64,000 nt of DNA from Candidatus Woesebacteria bacterium (lineage in GTDB: Bacteria; Patescibacteriota; Microgenomatia; UBA8517), in assembly GCA_963716475.1 (NCBI GenBank), contig OY970314.1, positions 918,508 to 982,507 on the forward strand, given 5' to 3'. Positions 8,695-19,229 of the stretch are shown piece by piece. Positions within the stretch are counted from its first letter, which is position 1. Each line of letters starts with the position of its first letter. Below the pieces are notes generated by a model. The model did no database searches, was not told the DNA's origin, and worked only from the letters and a program-made list of their open reading frames with translations. Both the position numbers and the translations under genes were made by a program.

Positions 8695-8702
8695 TAAATA
8701 AT

Positions 8703-9707
8703 ATGGAAGACAAAAAACGCATTTTAACGGGGGATAGGCCTACAGGCAGAATGCACCTGGGTCATTATGTGGGAAGCTTGAAAAATAGGGTAAAGCTTCA
8801 GGATTCTTATGACCAATTTGTAATGATTGCCGATGTTCAGGCTTTGACTGATAATTTCGAAGATCCTGAAAAAGTCAGAAACAACATCAAAGAAGTCCTT
8901 TTGGACTATTTGGCGGTCGGAATTGATCCTAAAAAAACCACAATTTTAGTCCAATCTATGATCCCCGAAATTGCAGAGCTTACCGTTTTTTATCTGAATC
9001 TTGTAACTCTCGAAAGGGTTCTCAGAAACCCCACCGTAAAGGATGAAATCAAGCAAAAAGGCTTTGGACAACAGATCCCGGCAGGCTTTGCCATGTACCC
9101 GGTTTCTCAGGCTGCCGATATAACCATTTTTAATGCCAGTTTAGTGCCTGTTGGCGAGGATCAGCTACCCATGATTGAACAAACACGCGAAATTGTCAGG
9201 AAGTTCAACTCACTTTACGGCGAGGTTTTTGTCGAACCGGAAGCTTTAGTAGGAGAAGTTAAAAGACTTCCCGGAATTGACGGCAACACCAAAATGAGTA
9301 AGAGCCTGGAGAATGCAATTTATTTGTCGGACGGCGAGGAAGAGCTTAAAAAGAAAGTCATGAGTATGTATACTGACCCGAGCCGCATTCATGCGACGGA
9401 TCCCGGTAAAGTTGAGGGCAACCCCGTATTTATATACCATGACATTTTCAATCCCGATAAAGCAGAAGTTGCCGATCTTAAAAAGAGATATAAAGAAGGC
9501 AAAGTGGGGGATATTGAGGTTAAAGAAAAGCTTTTTGTGGCTCTAAATATCTTTTTGGCTCCGATCAGGGAGAAAAGAAAAGAATTTGAGGGTAAAGATG
9601 AAATTCTTGATCAAATATTACTCGAGGGAACCGCAAAAGCCCGCGAAGTTGCCAAAGAAACAATGAAGAAAGTCCGGCAGGCAATGAAAATTGATTACTT
9701 CGAATAG
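8703..9707 (+). CDS. trpS: Tryptophanyl-tRNA synthetase
   Basis: [27 protein letters not shown] and KMSKS motifs. Confidence 0.96.
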   Translation: MEDKKRILTGDRPTGRMHLGHYVGSLKNRVKLQDSYDQFVMIADVQALTDNFEDPEKVRNNIKEVLLDYLAVGIDPKKTTILVQSMIPEIAELTVFYLNLVTLERVLRNPTVKDEIKQKGFGQQIPAGFAMYPVSQAADITIFNASLVPVGEDQLPMIEQTREIVRKFNSLYGEVFVEPEALVGEVKRLPGIDGNTKMSKSLENAIYLSDGEEELKKKVMSMYTDPSRIHATDPGKVEGNPVFIYHDIFNPDKAEVADLKKRYKEGKVGDIEVKEKLFVALNIFLAPIREKRKEFEGKDEILDQILLEGTAKAREVAKETMKKVRQAMKIDYFE

Positions 9708-10058
9708 ATGGACAACATTACATTCAACCAATTTTCAGCAGTCGATATTAGAATGGGGACCGTTACCAAGGCTGATGTCCCTGAATGGAGTCATTGGGTC
9801 ATAAGGATGGAGGTTGACCTAGGTCCAGAAATCGGGAAGAAGAAAGCTTTTTCCGGCATAATGAAATTTTTTAAGCCTGAGGACCTGGAAGGAAAGCAAT
9901 TTCCTTTCGTTGTAAACCTGGAGCCTAAAAAAATAGGACCCGAGCGGGAACTTTCGGAAGTGATGATGATAATGGCGGTTCCTAAGGAGGATGAAGAAAC
10001 CCCAACGGTCCTTTTTAAACTTCAGAAAAAAGTTCCCAACGGGACAAAGGTGAGGTAA
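9708..10058 (+). CDS. tRNA-binding OB-fold protein (CsaA/Trbp111/MetRS C-terminal-like)
   Basis: F..VDIRMGTV, VDLG, VVNLEPKKI and VPNGTKVR. Confidence 0.85.
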   Translation: MDNITFNQFSAVDIRMGTVTKADVPEWSHWVIRMEVDLGPEIGKKKAFSGIMKFFKPEDLEGKQFPFVVNLEPKKIGPERELSEVMMIMAVPKEDEETPTVLFKLQKKVPNGTKVR

Positions 10059-10077
10059 TAGTGTAGAATTCTCTCGT

Positions 10078-11958
10078 ATGGATCCAACAAAATTTTTAAA
10101 CAGAGAACCAGATAAAAAATCGGGAAAAGGGAAAAAACAGTTTCAATTTAAGCTGAAACTTAATCTGTGGACAATAGCCCTTACGTTTTTTGTTATATTT
10201 TTCGTAATACCCGGTATAATCGCGGCTTTTCAAACTTTTGGCAACTCCAGTAAAGAAAATGTTTCACAAGTTCTGACAGATATTAAAGCCGGAAAGGTAG
10301 ACAAGGTAACCGTTGACAGTACAAAGCTTACAGTAACGTATAAAGACGGAAGTTTAAAACTTTCTACTAAGGAAGACACAGAAAGCTTTTCAGATCTTCT
10401 GAAAAATGCCGGGATTGATCCGTCGAGCGTAAACTACGACGTTATTGATCAGTCTCTTTCGAAAGTTATCGGCGATGTTCTGGGAATAGTTTTACCGATC
10501 CTTCTTATGGTAGGGTTTTTCTACTTTATATTGAGGGCTCAGAATAAGGGAGCGCAGGATATTTTCTCATTCGGTAGAAGTAAGGCCAAAGTTTTTGCCA
10601 AGGGCAGGCAAAGCATCACTTTTGCGGACGTTGCCGGAGTGGATGAAGCCAAAAAGGAACTGGAAGAACTGGTAGATTTTCTTAAAAACCCCGCAAAGTA
10701 TAGAAAAATCGGCGCAAGGACTCCTAAGGGAGCACTTTTGGTCGGTCCCTCAGGTGTAGGTAAAACTCTTTTGGCAAAAGCTGTGGCAGGGGAGGCCGGA
10801 GTGCCATTTTTCTCCATGGCAGGAAGCGAATTTATGGAAATGCTTGTAGGAGTGGGCGCCTCCCGGGCCCGTGATCTTTTCGCCCAAGCCAAAGCCGCTG
10901 CCCCGTCAATTATTTTTATCGATGAAATAGACGCAATCGGACGTCAGAGAGGGAAAGGACTTATGGGTGGGCATGATGAAAGGGAGCAAACTTTGAATCA
11001 GATTTTGGTTGAAATGGACGGCTTTACTCCCAATGATAACGTTATTGTAGTTGCGGCAACAAATAGAGGAGATTTGCTTGATCCGGCGCTTCTTAGGCCC
11101 GGAAGATTTGACAGAAGGATTGTACTAGATATGCCGGATAAAGAGGGAAGACTGGCTATTCTTCATATTCACGCCCGCGGCAAGAAATTTGCCAAGGGGG
11201 TCGATTGGGGCAAGATTGCCGACAGAACAGTGGGCTTTTCCGGTGCCGACCTGGAGAACATGTTAAATGAGGCCGCAATCGGTGCCGCAAGAGTTGACCA
11301 TGATGAAATCTCAATGGCCGATCTGGAAGAAAGCGCAACCAAAGTTAAACTCGGGCCTGCCAAAAAGAGACTCCAAAGCGACGAAGATAAAAAGCTTACC
11401 GCATATCATGAGGCCGGGCATGCGGTTGTTACACATTTTCTTAAAAATATGGATCCTGTTCATAGGATCTCAATAGTTGCCCGTGGAATGAGCTTGGGAC
11501 ACACCCTGATTCCTCCCGCAGGAGACAGGACTCACGAGACAAAATCTCGATTATTAGAGCAAATTACAGCGATGCTCGGAGGGCGTGCCGCCGAGGAGGT
11601 TGTATTTAACGAAATGACCTCAGGAGCCGCAAATGATATCGCCCAAGCAACGAAAATTGCAAAAGCCATGGTTATTGAATTTGGGATGAGTGAGCTTGGA
11701 CCGATCAACCTGGGGCCGGATATGGGAATGGGGGATTTCGGACAAATGGAGTGGTATGAACAGGCTCAAAACTCCCCTGTATTTATGGAGAAAATTGATA
11801 CTGAAACAAAGAGAATTTTGGATGTGGGGTATAAGACTGCGGTAAAAATGATTAAAGAAAAAAGGAAACTCCTGGATAAAGTCAGCGAAGCCCTACTTGA
11901 AAAGGAAACTCTCGATAGGGACGACTTCGAAAAGATTGTTGGTACAAAGTACCAATAG
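10078..11958 (+). CDS. ftsH: ATP-dependent zinc metalloprotease FtsH
   Basis: Two TM helices; GPSGVGKT, FIDEID, RPGRFDR and HEAGH. Confidence 0.97.
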   Translation: MDPTKFLNREPDKKSGKGKKQFQFKLKLNLWTIALTFFVIFFVIPGIIAAFQTFGNSSKENVSQVLTDIKAGKVDKVTVDSTKLTVTYKDGSLKLSTKEDTESFSDLLKNAGIDPSSVNYDVIDQSLSKVIGDVLGIVLPILLMVGFFYFILRAQNKGAQDIFSFGRSKAKVFAKGRQSITFADVAGVDEAKKELEELVDFLKNPAKYRKIGARTPKGALLVGPSGVGKTLLAKAVAGEAGVPFFSMAGSEFMEMLVGVGASRARDLFAQAKAAAPSIIFIDEIDAIGRQRGKGLMGGHDEREQTLNQILVEMDGFTPNDNVIVVAATNRGDLLDPALLRPGRFDRRIVLDMPDKEGRLAILHIHARGKKFAKGVDWGKIADRTVGFSGADLENMLNEAAIGAARVDHDEISMADLEESATKVKLGPAKKRLQSDEDKKLTAYHEAGHAVVTHFLKNMDPVHRISIVARGMSLGHTLIPPAGDRTHETKSRLLEQITAMLGGRAAEEVVFNEMTSGAANDIAQATKIAKAMVIEFGMSELGPINLGPDMGMGDFGQMEWYEQAQNSPVFMEKIDTETKRILDVGYKTAVKMIKEKRKLLDKVSEALLEKETLDRDDFEKIVGTKYQ

Positions 11959-11975
11959 TGAGTTACAATAGGCAC

Positions 11976-12872
11976 ATGGGTAAGCTGGTTCTCATCGACG
12001 GAAACGCCATACTTCATAGGGCCTTCCATGCTATGCCACCGCTCACTACAAGGAGTGGAGAGCCTATCAATGCGGTTTACGGGCTTGTATCAATGTTTCT
12101 CCGGGTTATACAGGATCTTAAGCCCGACGCCATTGCGGTAGCCTTTGACGAGAAGGAGCCGACTTTTAGGCACAAAGAATTCGGAGAGTATCAGTCTCAA
12201 AGACCACCCATGGCGGACGAACTTTCGTCCCAGTTTGAAAAGGCCCGTGATTTTTTTAAAGCCGCCAAAGTTCCGATTTATTCAATTCCGGGGTTTGAAG
12301 CGGATGATGTAATTGGAACAATTGCAGAAAAGTCAAAAGGGGATGTGGTAATTGTAACGGGGGACAAGGACATTCTGCAGTTGGTAGACGACAAGAAAGG
12401 GATCAAACTCTACATGCCGGTTGTGGGACTTACCAACGCTAAGCTTTTTGATGAGGCGGCAGCACATACGCGGATGGGGGTTCCTGCCGACAAAATTCCC
12501 GACTACAAAGCACTAGTTGGTGACCCCTCAGATAACTACCCGGGAGTTGCCGGAATCGGTCCGGTAACGGCGGAAAAGCTTTTGGAAAAATATGACAGCG
12601 TTGATCATATTTATGCTCATTTAATAGATATCGAACCGAATATACGGAAAAAATTGGAGGCCAAAAAAGACGATGCAAAACTCTTCCATAGGCTTGCAAC
12701 CATTGTCAGAGATGTCCCTATAAAAGTTGATTACCAGGACATGGAAAGGTGGAAAATTGACAGTTCGGACGTGATAAACCTTTTTGTGGAGTTTGGTTTT
12801 AAGACCCTAACGGAAAGAATCAAGAAAGTCGGAAAAGAAATTGACGGCCAAAAACAGACGTCACTTTTTTAA
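11976..12872 (+). CDS. Standalone 5'-3' exonuclease/flap endonuclease (PolA N-terminal-like)
   Basis: LIDGN, EADDVIGT, TGDKD and GDPSDNYPGVAGIG; no polymerase domain. Confidence 0.92.
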   Translation: MGKLVLIDGNAILHRAFHAMPPLTTRSGEPINAVYGLVSMFLRVIQDLKPDAIAVAFDEKEPTFRHKEFGEYQSQRPPMADELSSQFEKARDFFKAAKVPIYSIPGFEADDVIGTIAEKSKGDVVIVTGDKDILQLVDDKKGIKLYMPVVGLTNAKLFDEAAAHTRMGVPADKIPDYKALVGDPSDNYPGVAGIGPVTAEKLLEKYDSVDHIYAHLIDIEPNIRKKLEAKKDDAKLFHRLATIVRDVPIKVDYQDMERWKIDSSDVINLFVEFGFKTLTERIKKVGKEIDGQKQTSLF

Positions 12873-12874
12873 AA

Positions 12875-13972
12875 ATGAAAATCGCAATAGTTCATGATTA
12901 TCTAATAGATTTCGGGGGAGCGGAACGGGTGCTTTTGGCACTTCATGAGATTTACCCGGAAGCTCCGATTTATGTTTCAATTTATAGGCAAAACCGTCTC
13001 GGAAAATTTGCCGGAAAATTTTCTGATGCAAAAATTATCCAGTCTTGGTTTGGTGAGATTCCCTTTGCCGATAAGTTAATTTCTCCCTTAAGATTTTTAA
13101 TTCCTGCGATTTGGAATGGTTTTAATCTAAAAGAATATGATCTGATAATTTCTTCAGCCAGCTGGGCAGTGGCGAAAGGCTTCGAAAAGAAGAAGGGGGC
13201 CATTGAAGTATGTTACTGCCACACACCCCCAAGGTATTTGTATGGTTATGATACTTCGAGAAGATTTGACGGATTAATGGGTAAGTTGGTTAGTTTTTAC
13301 GGACTTATTGTCAACCATTTTATGCTCCAATATGATTTCAAAAGGGCTCAGAAAGTCGATTATTTTATAGCCAATTCGGAGGAAGTTAAAAAACGGATTG
13401 CTAAATTTTACCGGAGGGACTCGACTGTTATTTATCCACCCGTAGAACTTCCAAAATCGGATACTTCAGCATTGGATAGGATTTACTATTTAACCGGAGG
13501 AAGACTAATGGCAGCGAAGAATTTTGACTTGATAATTAAGACTTTTAATAAACTAGGCCTGCCCCTTAAAATTTACGGTGCGGGGCCTTTGAAAAATAAT
13601 CTCAAGAGGATTGCTAAGGACAACATCGAGTTTTTGGGAAAGGTTGACGATGTCGAAATAGCAAGACTATATGCAGGTGCTAAAGCCTTTATTCTTGCCC
13701 AGGAGGACGAGGATTTCGGTATGACCGCGGTTGAGGCGATGTCTTTTGGTACTCCTGTAATCGCCTATAAAGGCGGCGGATACTTGGAGTCCGTAGTTGA
13801 GGGTAAAACAGGGCTATTTTTTGCCGGATTAAGTGTTGAAAGTTTATCTTCTGCGGTTAAGAAATTTGAAAAAGTTAAATTAAATTTGGCAGATTGTGTC
13901 AATCAGTCCAAAAAGTTTTCTAAAGAAAGATTCATCAAGGAAATAGTCGGATTTATTCATAGACATGCCTGA
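12875..13972 (+). CDS. Glycosyltransferase family 4
   Basis: HDYL..GGAERV, YCHTPPRY and EDFGMTAVEAM. Confidence 0.9.
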   Translation: MKIAIVHDYLIDFGGAERVLLALHEIYPEAPIYVSIYRQNRLGKFAGKFSDAKIIQSWFGEIPFADKLISPLRFLIPAIWNGFNLKEYDLIISSASWAVAKGFEKKKGAIEVCYCHTPPRYLYGYDTSRRFDGLMGKLVSFYGLIVNHFMLQYDFKRAQKVDYFIANSEEVKKRIAKFYRRDSTVIYPPVELPKSDTSALDRIYYLTGGRLMAAKNFDLIIKTFNKLGLPLKIYGAGPLKNNLKRIAKDNIEFLGKVDDVEIARLYAGAKAFILAQEDEDFGMTAVEAMSFGTPVIAYKGGGYLESVVEGKTGLFFAGLSVESLSSAVKKFEKVKLNLADCVNQSKKFSKERFIKEIVGFIHRHA

Positions 13973-14813
13973 ATTACCTGAGGTAGAAACAATGCGGTTG
14001 CAGTTGAAAAAGTATCTTGTGGGACACAGGATTACCTCGGTTGACGTTAGGAACCGTAAAACTTTTCAGGGGGATGAAGTCAAAATTATCGGCGGAAAAG
14101 TTACCGGCACTAGGCGCTTCGGCAAGGTTTCCGTAATCGATTTGGATAACGGTTACTCGATTTTAACTCACGTCAAGCTCACTGGGCAGTATATTTATAG
14201 AGGACCGAACCTTTCAAATCCCGGCGAACTATCGAAAAAAGTAATCGGGGGAATTCCCGGGCCGCACACATTGGTTATTTTTAGCCTCGACCGCGGAGGG
14301 GAACTATATTATAACGATGTTAGACGCTTCGGCTGGATCCGTATTGAAAAGACCGATGATGTTGAAAGCGAATCCTTCATCAAAAAGCTTGGCCCCGAAC
14401 CTCTCAAAGACTTAACTTTAGAAATCTTCGAATCAATTCTTTCAAAGTCGGGTAGACCGATTAAGATCGTCCTTATGGATCAGGAAAAAATGGGGGGAGT
14501 GGGAAATATCTACGCCAATGATGCACTCTGGCTGGCCAAAATCAACCCTAAAGCTCCCGCAAAAAGCTTGTATGGTCAACAAATAAAAGACCTTTATGAA
14601 GCAATACTTACGGTTCTAAAGGCGGGTATGAAGTATGGTGGGGCAAGTGAACTGGCTTTTGTTACGCCGGACGGAGCCGAAGGAGAGTATCAAAAACATA
14701 CTTTAGCTTACGGCAGGGACGGAGAACCTTGCGAAAGGTGCCACAAGTCTTTAATCAAAAAATTTTTCCTCGGCGGACGCGGAACATACTGGTGCCCTGT
14801 TTGTCAGAAGTAA
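13965..14813 (+). CDS. mutM: Formamidopyrimidine-DNA glycosylase
   Basis: MPELPEVE, GVGNIYA and C-terminal zinc finger. Confidence 0.95.
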   Translation: MPELPEVETMRLQLKKYLVGHRITSVDVRNRKTFQGDEVKIIGGKVTGTRRFGKVSVIDLDNGYSILTHVKLTGQYIYRGPNLSNPGELSKKVIGGIPGPHTLVIFSLDRGGELYYNDVRRFGWIRIEKTDDVESESFIKKLGPEPLKDLTLEIFESILSKSGRPIKIVLMDQEKMGGVGNIYANDALWLAKINPKAPAKSLYGQQIKDLYEAILTVLKAGMKYGGASELAFVTPDGAEGEYQKHTLAYGRDGEPCERCHKSLIKKFFLGGRGTYWCPVCQK

Positions 14814-15546
14814 TGGTTCTTACTGCAGGGGCGGCACCTATCGTTTCTTTTTTAGTCAGACCGTTAACTATATAGCCGATGATTCTGTACCAGCCGTTAT
14901 AGATAAAAATGTTTCTTCCGACGGACTGGAGCCTTCGTCCGCTGGTAAAACAACGGACGCCGGGGTCGATTATGACTTTTCCGAGTCTGAAGAAACGGTG
15001 GAGAAGATATTGCTGATCTCCGAGTTCCACCAGGTGTTTCGGATATCCTCCGATAGCCTCAAGAGCGGACTTTCTAAAGGCAAGATTGGCTGCATAGGCG
15101 ATTGGAAATCTACCGGTATACTTTTCCAGAAAAAGATTTACCTCCTGACTAAAAGCGTTTAGAAGGTTAAAAATGGCTGGAGTCTTTGTGTAATAAATCC
15201 AACCGGTAACGGCAATCAAATCCCGGTTTTTATCAAAATCAGCCTTAATATTTTTTAGCCAATCTTGCGGGTAAACCGTGTCCGCATCGGCAGAAACGAT
15301 AATACTTCCTTTGGCCTTATCAACTCCTTTTTGTCTGGCCAAAACCACCGATTTCCTATTTTCTTCGATAACACGAGCCTTGTATTTTCTTGCAATTTTG
15401 GCGGTAGCATCTTTTGAAGCATTATCAATTACAATAACCTCGAATAATTTCTTATTTAAAGTTTGCTTTGACAGAGAGTCCAGACATTTTCCTATAAACG
15501 CCTCTTCGTTATGAGCGGGGACAATAACCGAAATGATTGGTGCCAT
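14755..15546 (-). CDS. Glycosyltransferase family 2
   Basis: ISVIVPAHNEE, VIDNAS and DAD motifs. Confidence 0.88.
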   Translation of the reverse strand: MAPIISVIVPAHNEEAFIGKCLDSLSKQTLNKKLFEVIVIDNASKDATAKIARKYKARVIEENRKSVVLARQKGVDKAKGSIIVSADADTVYPQDWLKNIKADFDKNRDLIAVTGWIYYTKTPAIFNLLNAFSQEVNLFLEKYTGRFPIAYAANLAFRKSALEAIGGYPKHLVELGDQQYLLHRFFRLGKVIIDPGVRCFTSGRRLQSVGRNIFIYNGWYRIIGYIVNGLTKKETIGAAPAVRTITSDKQGTSMFRVRRGKIF

Positions 15547-15578
15547 TTTTCCTATGTGAATGCTATTATAAGGCCTGA

Positions 15579-16484
15579 ATGGATCTAACCGAAGTACAAA
15601 AAAACATCCTGGAAACTGGTTGGCAGTCCTGGAGCCCGCGGAAAAGGAGTATATTGAGAATTCCTTCTTGGAATGATCCTCCCAGGAAAGACGACTTTCT
15701 GCCACAAAAATTGGGGACAAGAACCCTAAAAAAGCCCGTTAATGGATGGTGCTCTTGGTATGCATTTGGGCCGTTTATTACTCCAGAAAAGATAATGGCA
15801 CAGACTGCATGGTTTTCTAAACATAAAGAGATACCAGTTAAATATATCTTAATCGATGGAGGTTGGGAGAAATGGAAAGATGTAAATAAGGTGTTAACAG
15901 ATATCCCCAAAAAGATATCTGAGTTTGGTTTTGAGCCTGGTATTTGGCTTGCCCCATTTAATAAAAATAATAAATTTAAAATAGATGATTTACTTGAGCT
16001 GGGATTTAAGCTAATTAAACTAGATTTTCTTTATAGAGCTTATTCAATTCCTGGTATAACATGCCAGAAAGCCGGGGAACTGATTCGAAATATGCTCTTG
16101 AAAATAAAAGGAAAGTATCCGGATGTCTATACAATTGCTTGCGGTTGCCCGCTCCTGCCGGCAATAAATGTGGTTGATTCGATGAGAATCGGCCCTGACA
16201 CAATCGAGCCGATTACGGGTAGTATTCCAGTCTGGAATAGTTTAATAAACTCGTACAAGCTAAATTTGGTGGTAAATAATATTAAAAGGAGGTTGTGGAC
16301 AAAAAAGTTTTGGAATCTTGACCCTGATGTTTTTGTTTGCAGAGAATCCTTGGGTCTAAATGATAAACAGTTGTTTTTATTACAAAAGCATATAAAATTA
16401 GCCTCCGGCAATATCTTTTTGGGGGATGATATGACAAAACTTGGTGAGGATAGAATCAAAAAATTTGTTTTACCGCTTTTTTAG
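15579..16484 (+). CDS. Glycoside hydrolase, GH36/alpha-galactosidase-like (compact)
   Basis: GWCSWY, LIDGGW, GIWLAPF, IKLDF, MRIGPD and DPD. Confidence 0.75.
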   Translation: MDLTEVQKNILETGWQSWSPRKRSILRIPSWNDPPRKDDFLPQKLGTRTLKKPVNGWCSWYAFGPFITPEKIMAQTAWFSKHKEIPVKYILIDGGWEKWKDVNKVLTDIPKKISEFGFEPGIWLAPFNKNNKFKIDDLLELGFKLIKLDFLYRAYSIPGITCQKAGELIRNMLLKIKGKYPDVYTIACGCPLLPAINVVDSMRIGPDTIEPITGSIPVWNSLINSYKLNLVVNNIKRRLWTKKFWNLDPDVFVCRESLGLNDKQLFLLQKHIKLASGNIFLGDDMTKLGEDRIKKFVLPLF

Positions 16485-16491
16485 TTGAACC

Positions 16492-17544
16492 ATGTCAATT
16501 GTCAAAATTCGGCTTTCTGACTTTAGAAATTTCAAAAAGAAAGTGGTTGAATTTTCCGATAAAGTGACATTGATTAATGGCCCCAACGCCTCGGGTAAAA
16601 CCAATATCATGGAGAGCCTTTTTCTTCTTTCTACTGGTAGAAGTTTCAAAGCCGGAGTGGAGGAGGAAATGGTTAATTACAAAAAGGACATGGCGCGGGT
16701 TAAAGGGCTTCTTGCCAATAAAATGGTTTTGGAGGCTGTAATAACTAGGGGACTAATTGATATTGGAGCAGAAAGACCCGAAAAAGTTGCACGAAAAAAG
16801 TTAACGGTTAACGGTGTTCCAAAACGGTTAATTGATTTTTCGGGAAACCTTAAAGCAGTTCTTTTCGGGCCCTGGGATATGGATCTTGTGACGGAATCGC
16901 CGTCCCTAAGGAGAAGGTTTTTGGATACGGTTTTATCACAGGTTGATAGAGAGTATAGAAGAAGTGTTCTCTCTTACGAAAAAGGAGTCAGGCAGCGTAA
17001 TAGGCTTCTTTTTAGGATCCGGGAAGAGGGAATCTCAAGAAGCCAGCTTTCTTTTTGGAACCAGCTTCTCATTAAAAACGGCGATTATATTACGGGAAAG
17101 AGAGAAGAGTTTATAGAATTTATAAATAAGCTGCATGGGTTAAACAGCCAGAATTTTCAACTTGAGTATGATCGTTCGGTTATAAGTGAAGGACGGCTGG
17201 AGCAATATAAGGAGGAGGAAGTTGCGGCGGCAACAACTTTGGTGGGACCTCACCGCGACGACTTTTCTTTTAAAGAAGAGTCACGTGACCTGTCCAGTTA
17301 TGGAAGTAGGGGGGAGCAGAGAATGGGAATTTTATGGCTGAAAATGGCGGAACTTGCTTTCATCGAAGAAAAATCAGGCGAGAAACCGACCCTTCTTCTT
17401 GATGATATTTTTTCGGAACTTGACCATGAACATAGGGATGTGGTTATTAATCTGACGAAAAATCAGCAAACAATAATCACAACGGCAGACCCTCACTTTG
17501 TAGGAAACTTGAAAAAAGTGAATAAAATTGAATTAATGAGTTAA
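16492..17544 (+). CDS. recF: DNA replication/repair protein RecF
   Basis: FRNF, GPNASGKTN, GPHRDD, SRGEQR and LLLDDIFSELD. Confidence 0.95.
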   Translation: MSIVKIRLSDFRNFKKKVVEFSDKVTLINGPNASGKTNIMESLFLLSTGRSFKAGVEEEMVNYKKDMARVKGLLANKMVLEAVITRGLIDIGAERPEKVARKKLTVNGVPKRLIDFSGNLKAVLFGPWDMDLVTESPSLRRRFLDTVLSQVDREYRRSVLSYEKGVRQRNRLLFRIREEGISRSQLSFWNQLLIKNGDYITGKREEFIEFINKLHGLNSQNFQLEYDRSVISEGRLEQYKEEEVAAATTLVGPHRDDFSFKEESRDLSSYGSRGEQRMGILWLKMAELAFIEEKSGEKPTLLLDDIFSELDHEHRDVVINLTKNQQTIITTADPHFVGNLKKVNKIELMS

Positions 17545-17553
17545 AATATACTT

Positions 17554-17868
17554 ATGGAAGAACAACACGATATGACCGCTGAGGAGATGAGGATTGCGGA
17601 AAAGGATTTTAATCTGAGACTAGACAAAGCTAGTGAACCAATACGAAACGCCTATTACGACTTTTTGCGAGATGAGCAGTTAAGATCAGCAAAGGAAAAC
17701 AGGGGAAAGCTTACGACTGTTTCGCTTGAGACCCGATCGAGATTATTATTTTTCGCTACCGACGGACGTGATGCGAAATTTGTCCAAAAAGCGTTAAAGA
17801 TGAGGAGAGATTTTGAAGCCAACACAAAGGGCGGTAGACGGCCCATGGGTGGAGCTGTCGACGATTAG
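17554..17868 (+). CDS. Hypothetical protein
   Basis: Fills the gap; TAAAAT 6 nt before the ATG. Confidence 0.6.
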   Translation: MEEQHDMTAEEMRIAEKDFNLRLDKASEPIRNAYYDFLRDEQLRSAKENRGKLTTVSLETRSRLLFFATDGRDAKFVQKALKMRRDFEANTKGGRRPMGGAVDD

Positions 17869-17914
17869 TTTCTCCTTGTATTTTCCGCAAAAAGTGCGTT
17901 AATATAAAGGTAAT

Positions 17915-18979
17915 ATGTATTCTCCAAAGTATATAATCTCCAATACAATCCTTAAGAATATTGGTTCGATTGAGGCTAGTAAAGAGGTTATTGAAAACGC
18001 TCCTCTTGTCCCTTCATTTGCCAAACAGTTTGAATCGGATGCACAGGTCCGTACCATCCATCACGGAACCCATATTGAAGGGAATGATTTAACTCTTTTT
18101 CAAACCAAAAAGATTTTGGAAGGACAGGAAGTCTATGCCAGAGCCCGCGATATTCAGGAAGTGGTCAATTACAGGAATGTGATGCAGCTACTTGATGAGC
18201 TCGCGGTTAAAAGGGGAGGGTATGATCCTGATATGCTCAAGGATATTCATAGAGCCACAGTAGACAGGATTGTTATACCCGAAAAGATAGGAGTCTTTAG
18301 GACCACTGAGGTTGTAATTAAAGAAGAGGGAACTGGGAAGATTATTTTTCAACCGCCCCCTTCTCACGAAGTTCCTTACCTCCTTGACGATTTCTTCGAA
18401 TGGCTGAATGATTCTACCGCCCGCGAAACCCACGCAATCCTAAGGGCAGGAATCGCACATTATATTTTGGTGGCAATTCATCCGTTTGTGGAAGGAAACG
18501 GCAGGACGGTAAGGGCTTTTTGTTCCTTAATTTTAATGCGTGAGGGCTATAACATTAAGAAATTTTTCTCGCTTGAAGAGCACTTTGACGAAGACCCCGG
18601 ATCTTACTACGAGGCACTAAGTGCGGTTGACAGACAGTCCCCAAACATTGGAAGCCGGGAGGTTACTCCCTGGCTTGAATACTTTACGGGAGTGGTGGCG
18701 ATTGAGCTAACCAAAATTAAAGACAAAGTCAGGAAACTTTCTGTGGATTCCCGCCTCAGGGTTAAATTTGGTGAGCAGGTTGCTCTCACGGATAGGCAAA
18801 TGCGTTTGATTGAATATATTTCCGACCAGGGATCGGGTGGAATGAATGAACTTAAAAAAGTACTTTCCATGGTTTCGGAAGATACGATACTAAGAGAGCT
18901 TAGGGATTTACTAAATAAGGGTATAATCAAGAAACAGGGAAGCACAAAAGCAAGTAAGTACGTAATTGCAAACAAATGA
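17915..18979 (+). CDS. Fic-domain protein with C-terminal HTH
   Basis: HPFVEGNGRTVR; THIEGN inhibitory-helix-like motif. Confidence 0.9.
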   Translation: MYSPKYIISNTILKNIGSIEASKEVIENAPLVPSFAKQFESDAQVRTIHHGTHIEGNDLTLFQTKKILEGQEVYARARDIQEVVNYRNVMQLLDELAVKRGGYDPDMLKDIHRATVDRIVIPEKIGVFRTTEVVIKEEGTGKIIFQPPPSHEVPYLLDDFFEWLNDSTARETHAILRAGIAHYILVAIHPFVEGNGRTVRAFCSLILMREGYNIKKFFSLEEHFDEDPGSYYEALSAVDRQSPNIGSREVTPWLEYFTGVVAIELTKIKDKVRKLSVDSRLRVKFGEQVALTDRQMRLIEYISDQGSGGMNELKKVLSMVSEDTILRELRDLLNKGIIKKQGSTKASKYVIANK

Positions 18980-19185
18980 GCAGCCTAGATCCACAGTTTT
19001 TGTACATGATTTTGGTTTTGCCAAGCCTTTTTGGACTTACGCTTCTTGGAGAAGGAATATACAAAATAGTTAATGAGGAAAGGGGCGGAATTGTTTCTGT
19101 GGTTTTTGGCTTTATGTTTATTGGAGTAGTAATTTTTGCCTATCTCTTCTTCTCGAGCTATTTGATAGTACATGGGGGAGTGTAA
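18976..19185 (+). CDS. Small membrane protein
   Basis: Two TM helices; ATGA overlap with the fic gene. Confidence 0.65.
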   Translation: MSSLDPQFLYMILVLPSLFGLTLLGEGIYKIVNEERGGIVSVVFGFMFIGVVIFAYLFFSSYLIVHGGV

Positions 19186-19229
19186 GACTCTTCGCAATTT
19201 TCACTAAAACGCATATAATCTGAGTTGAC

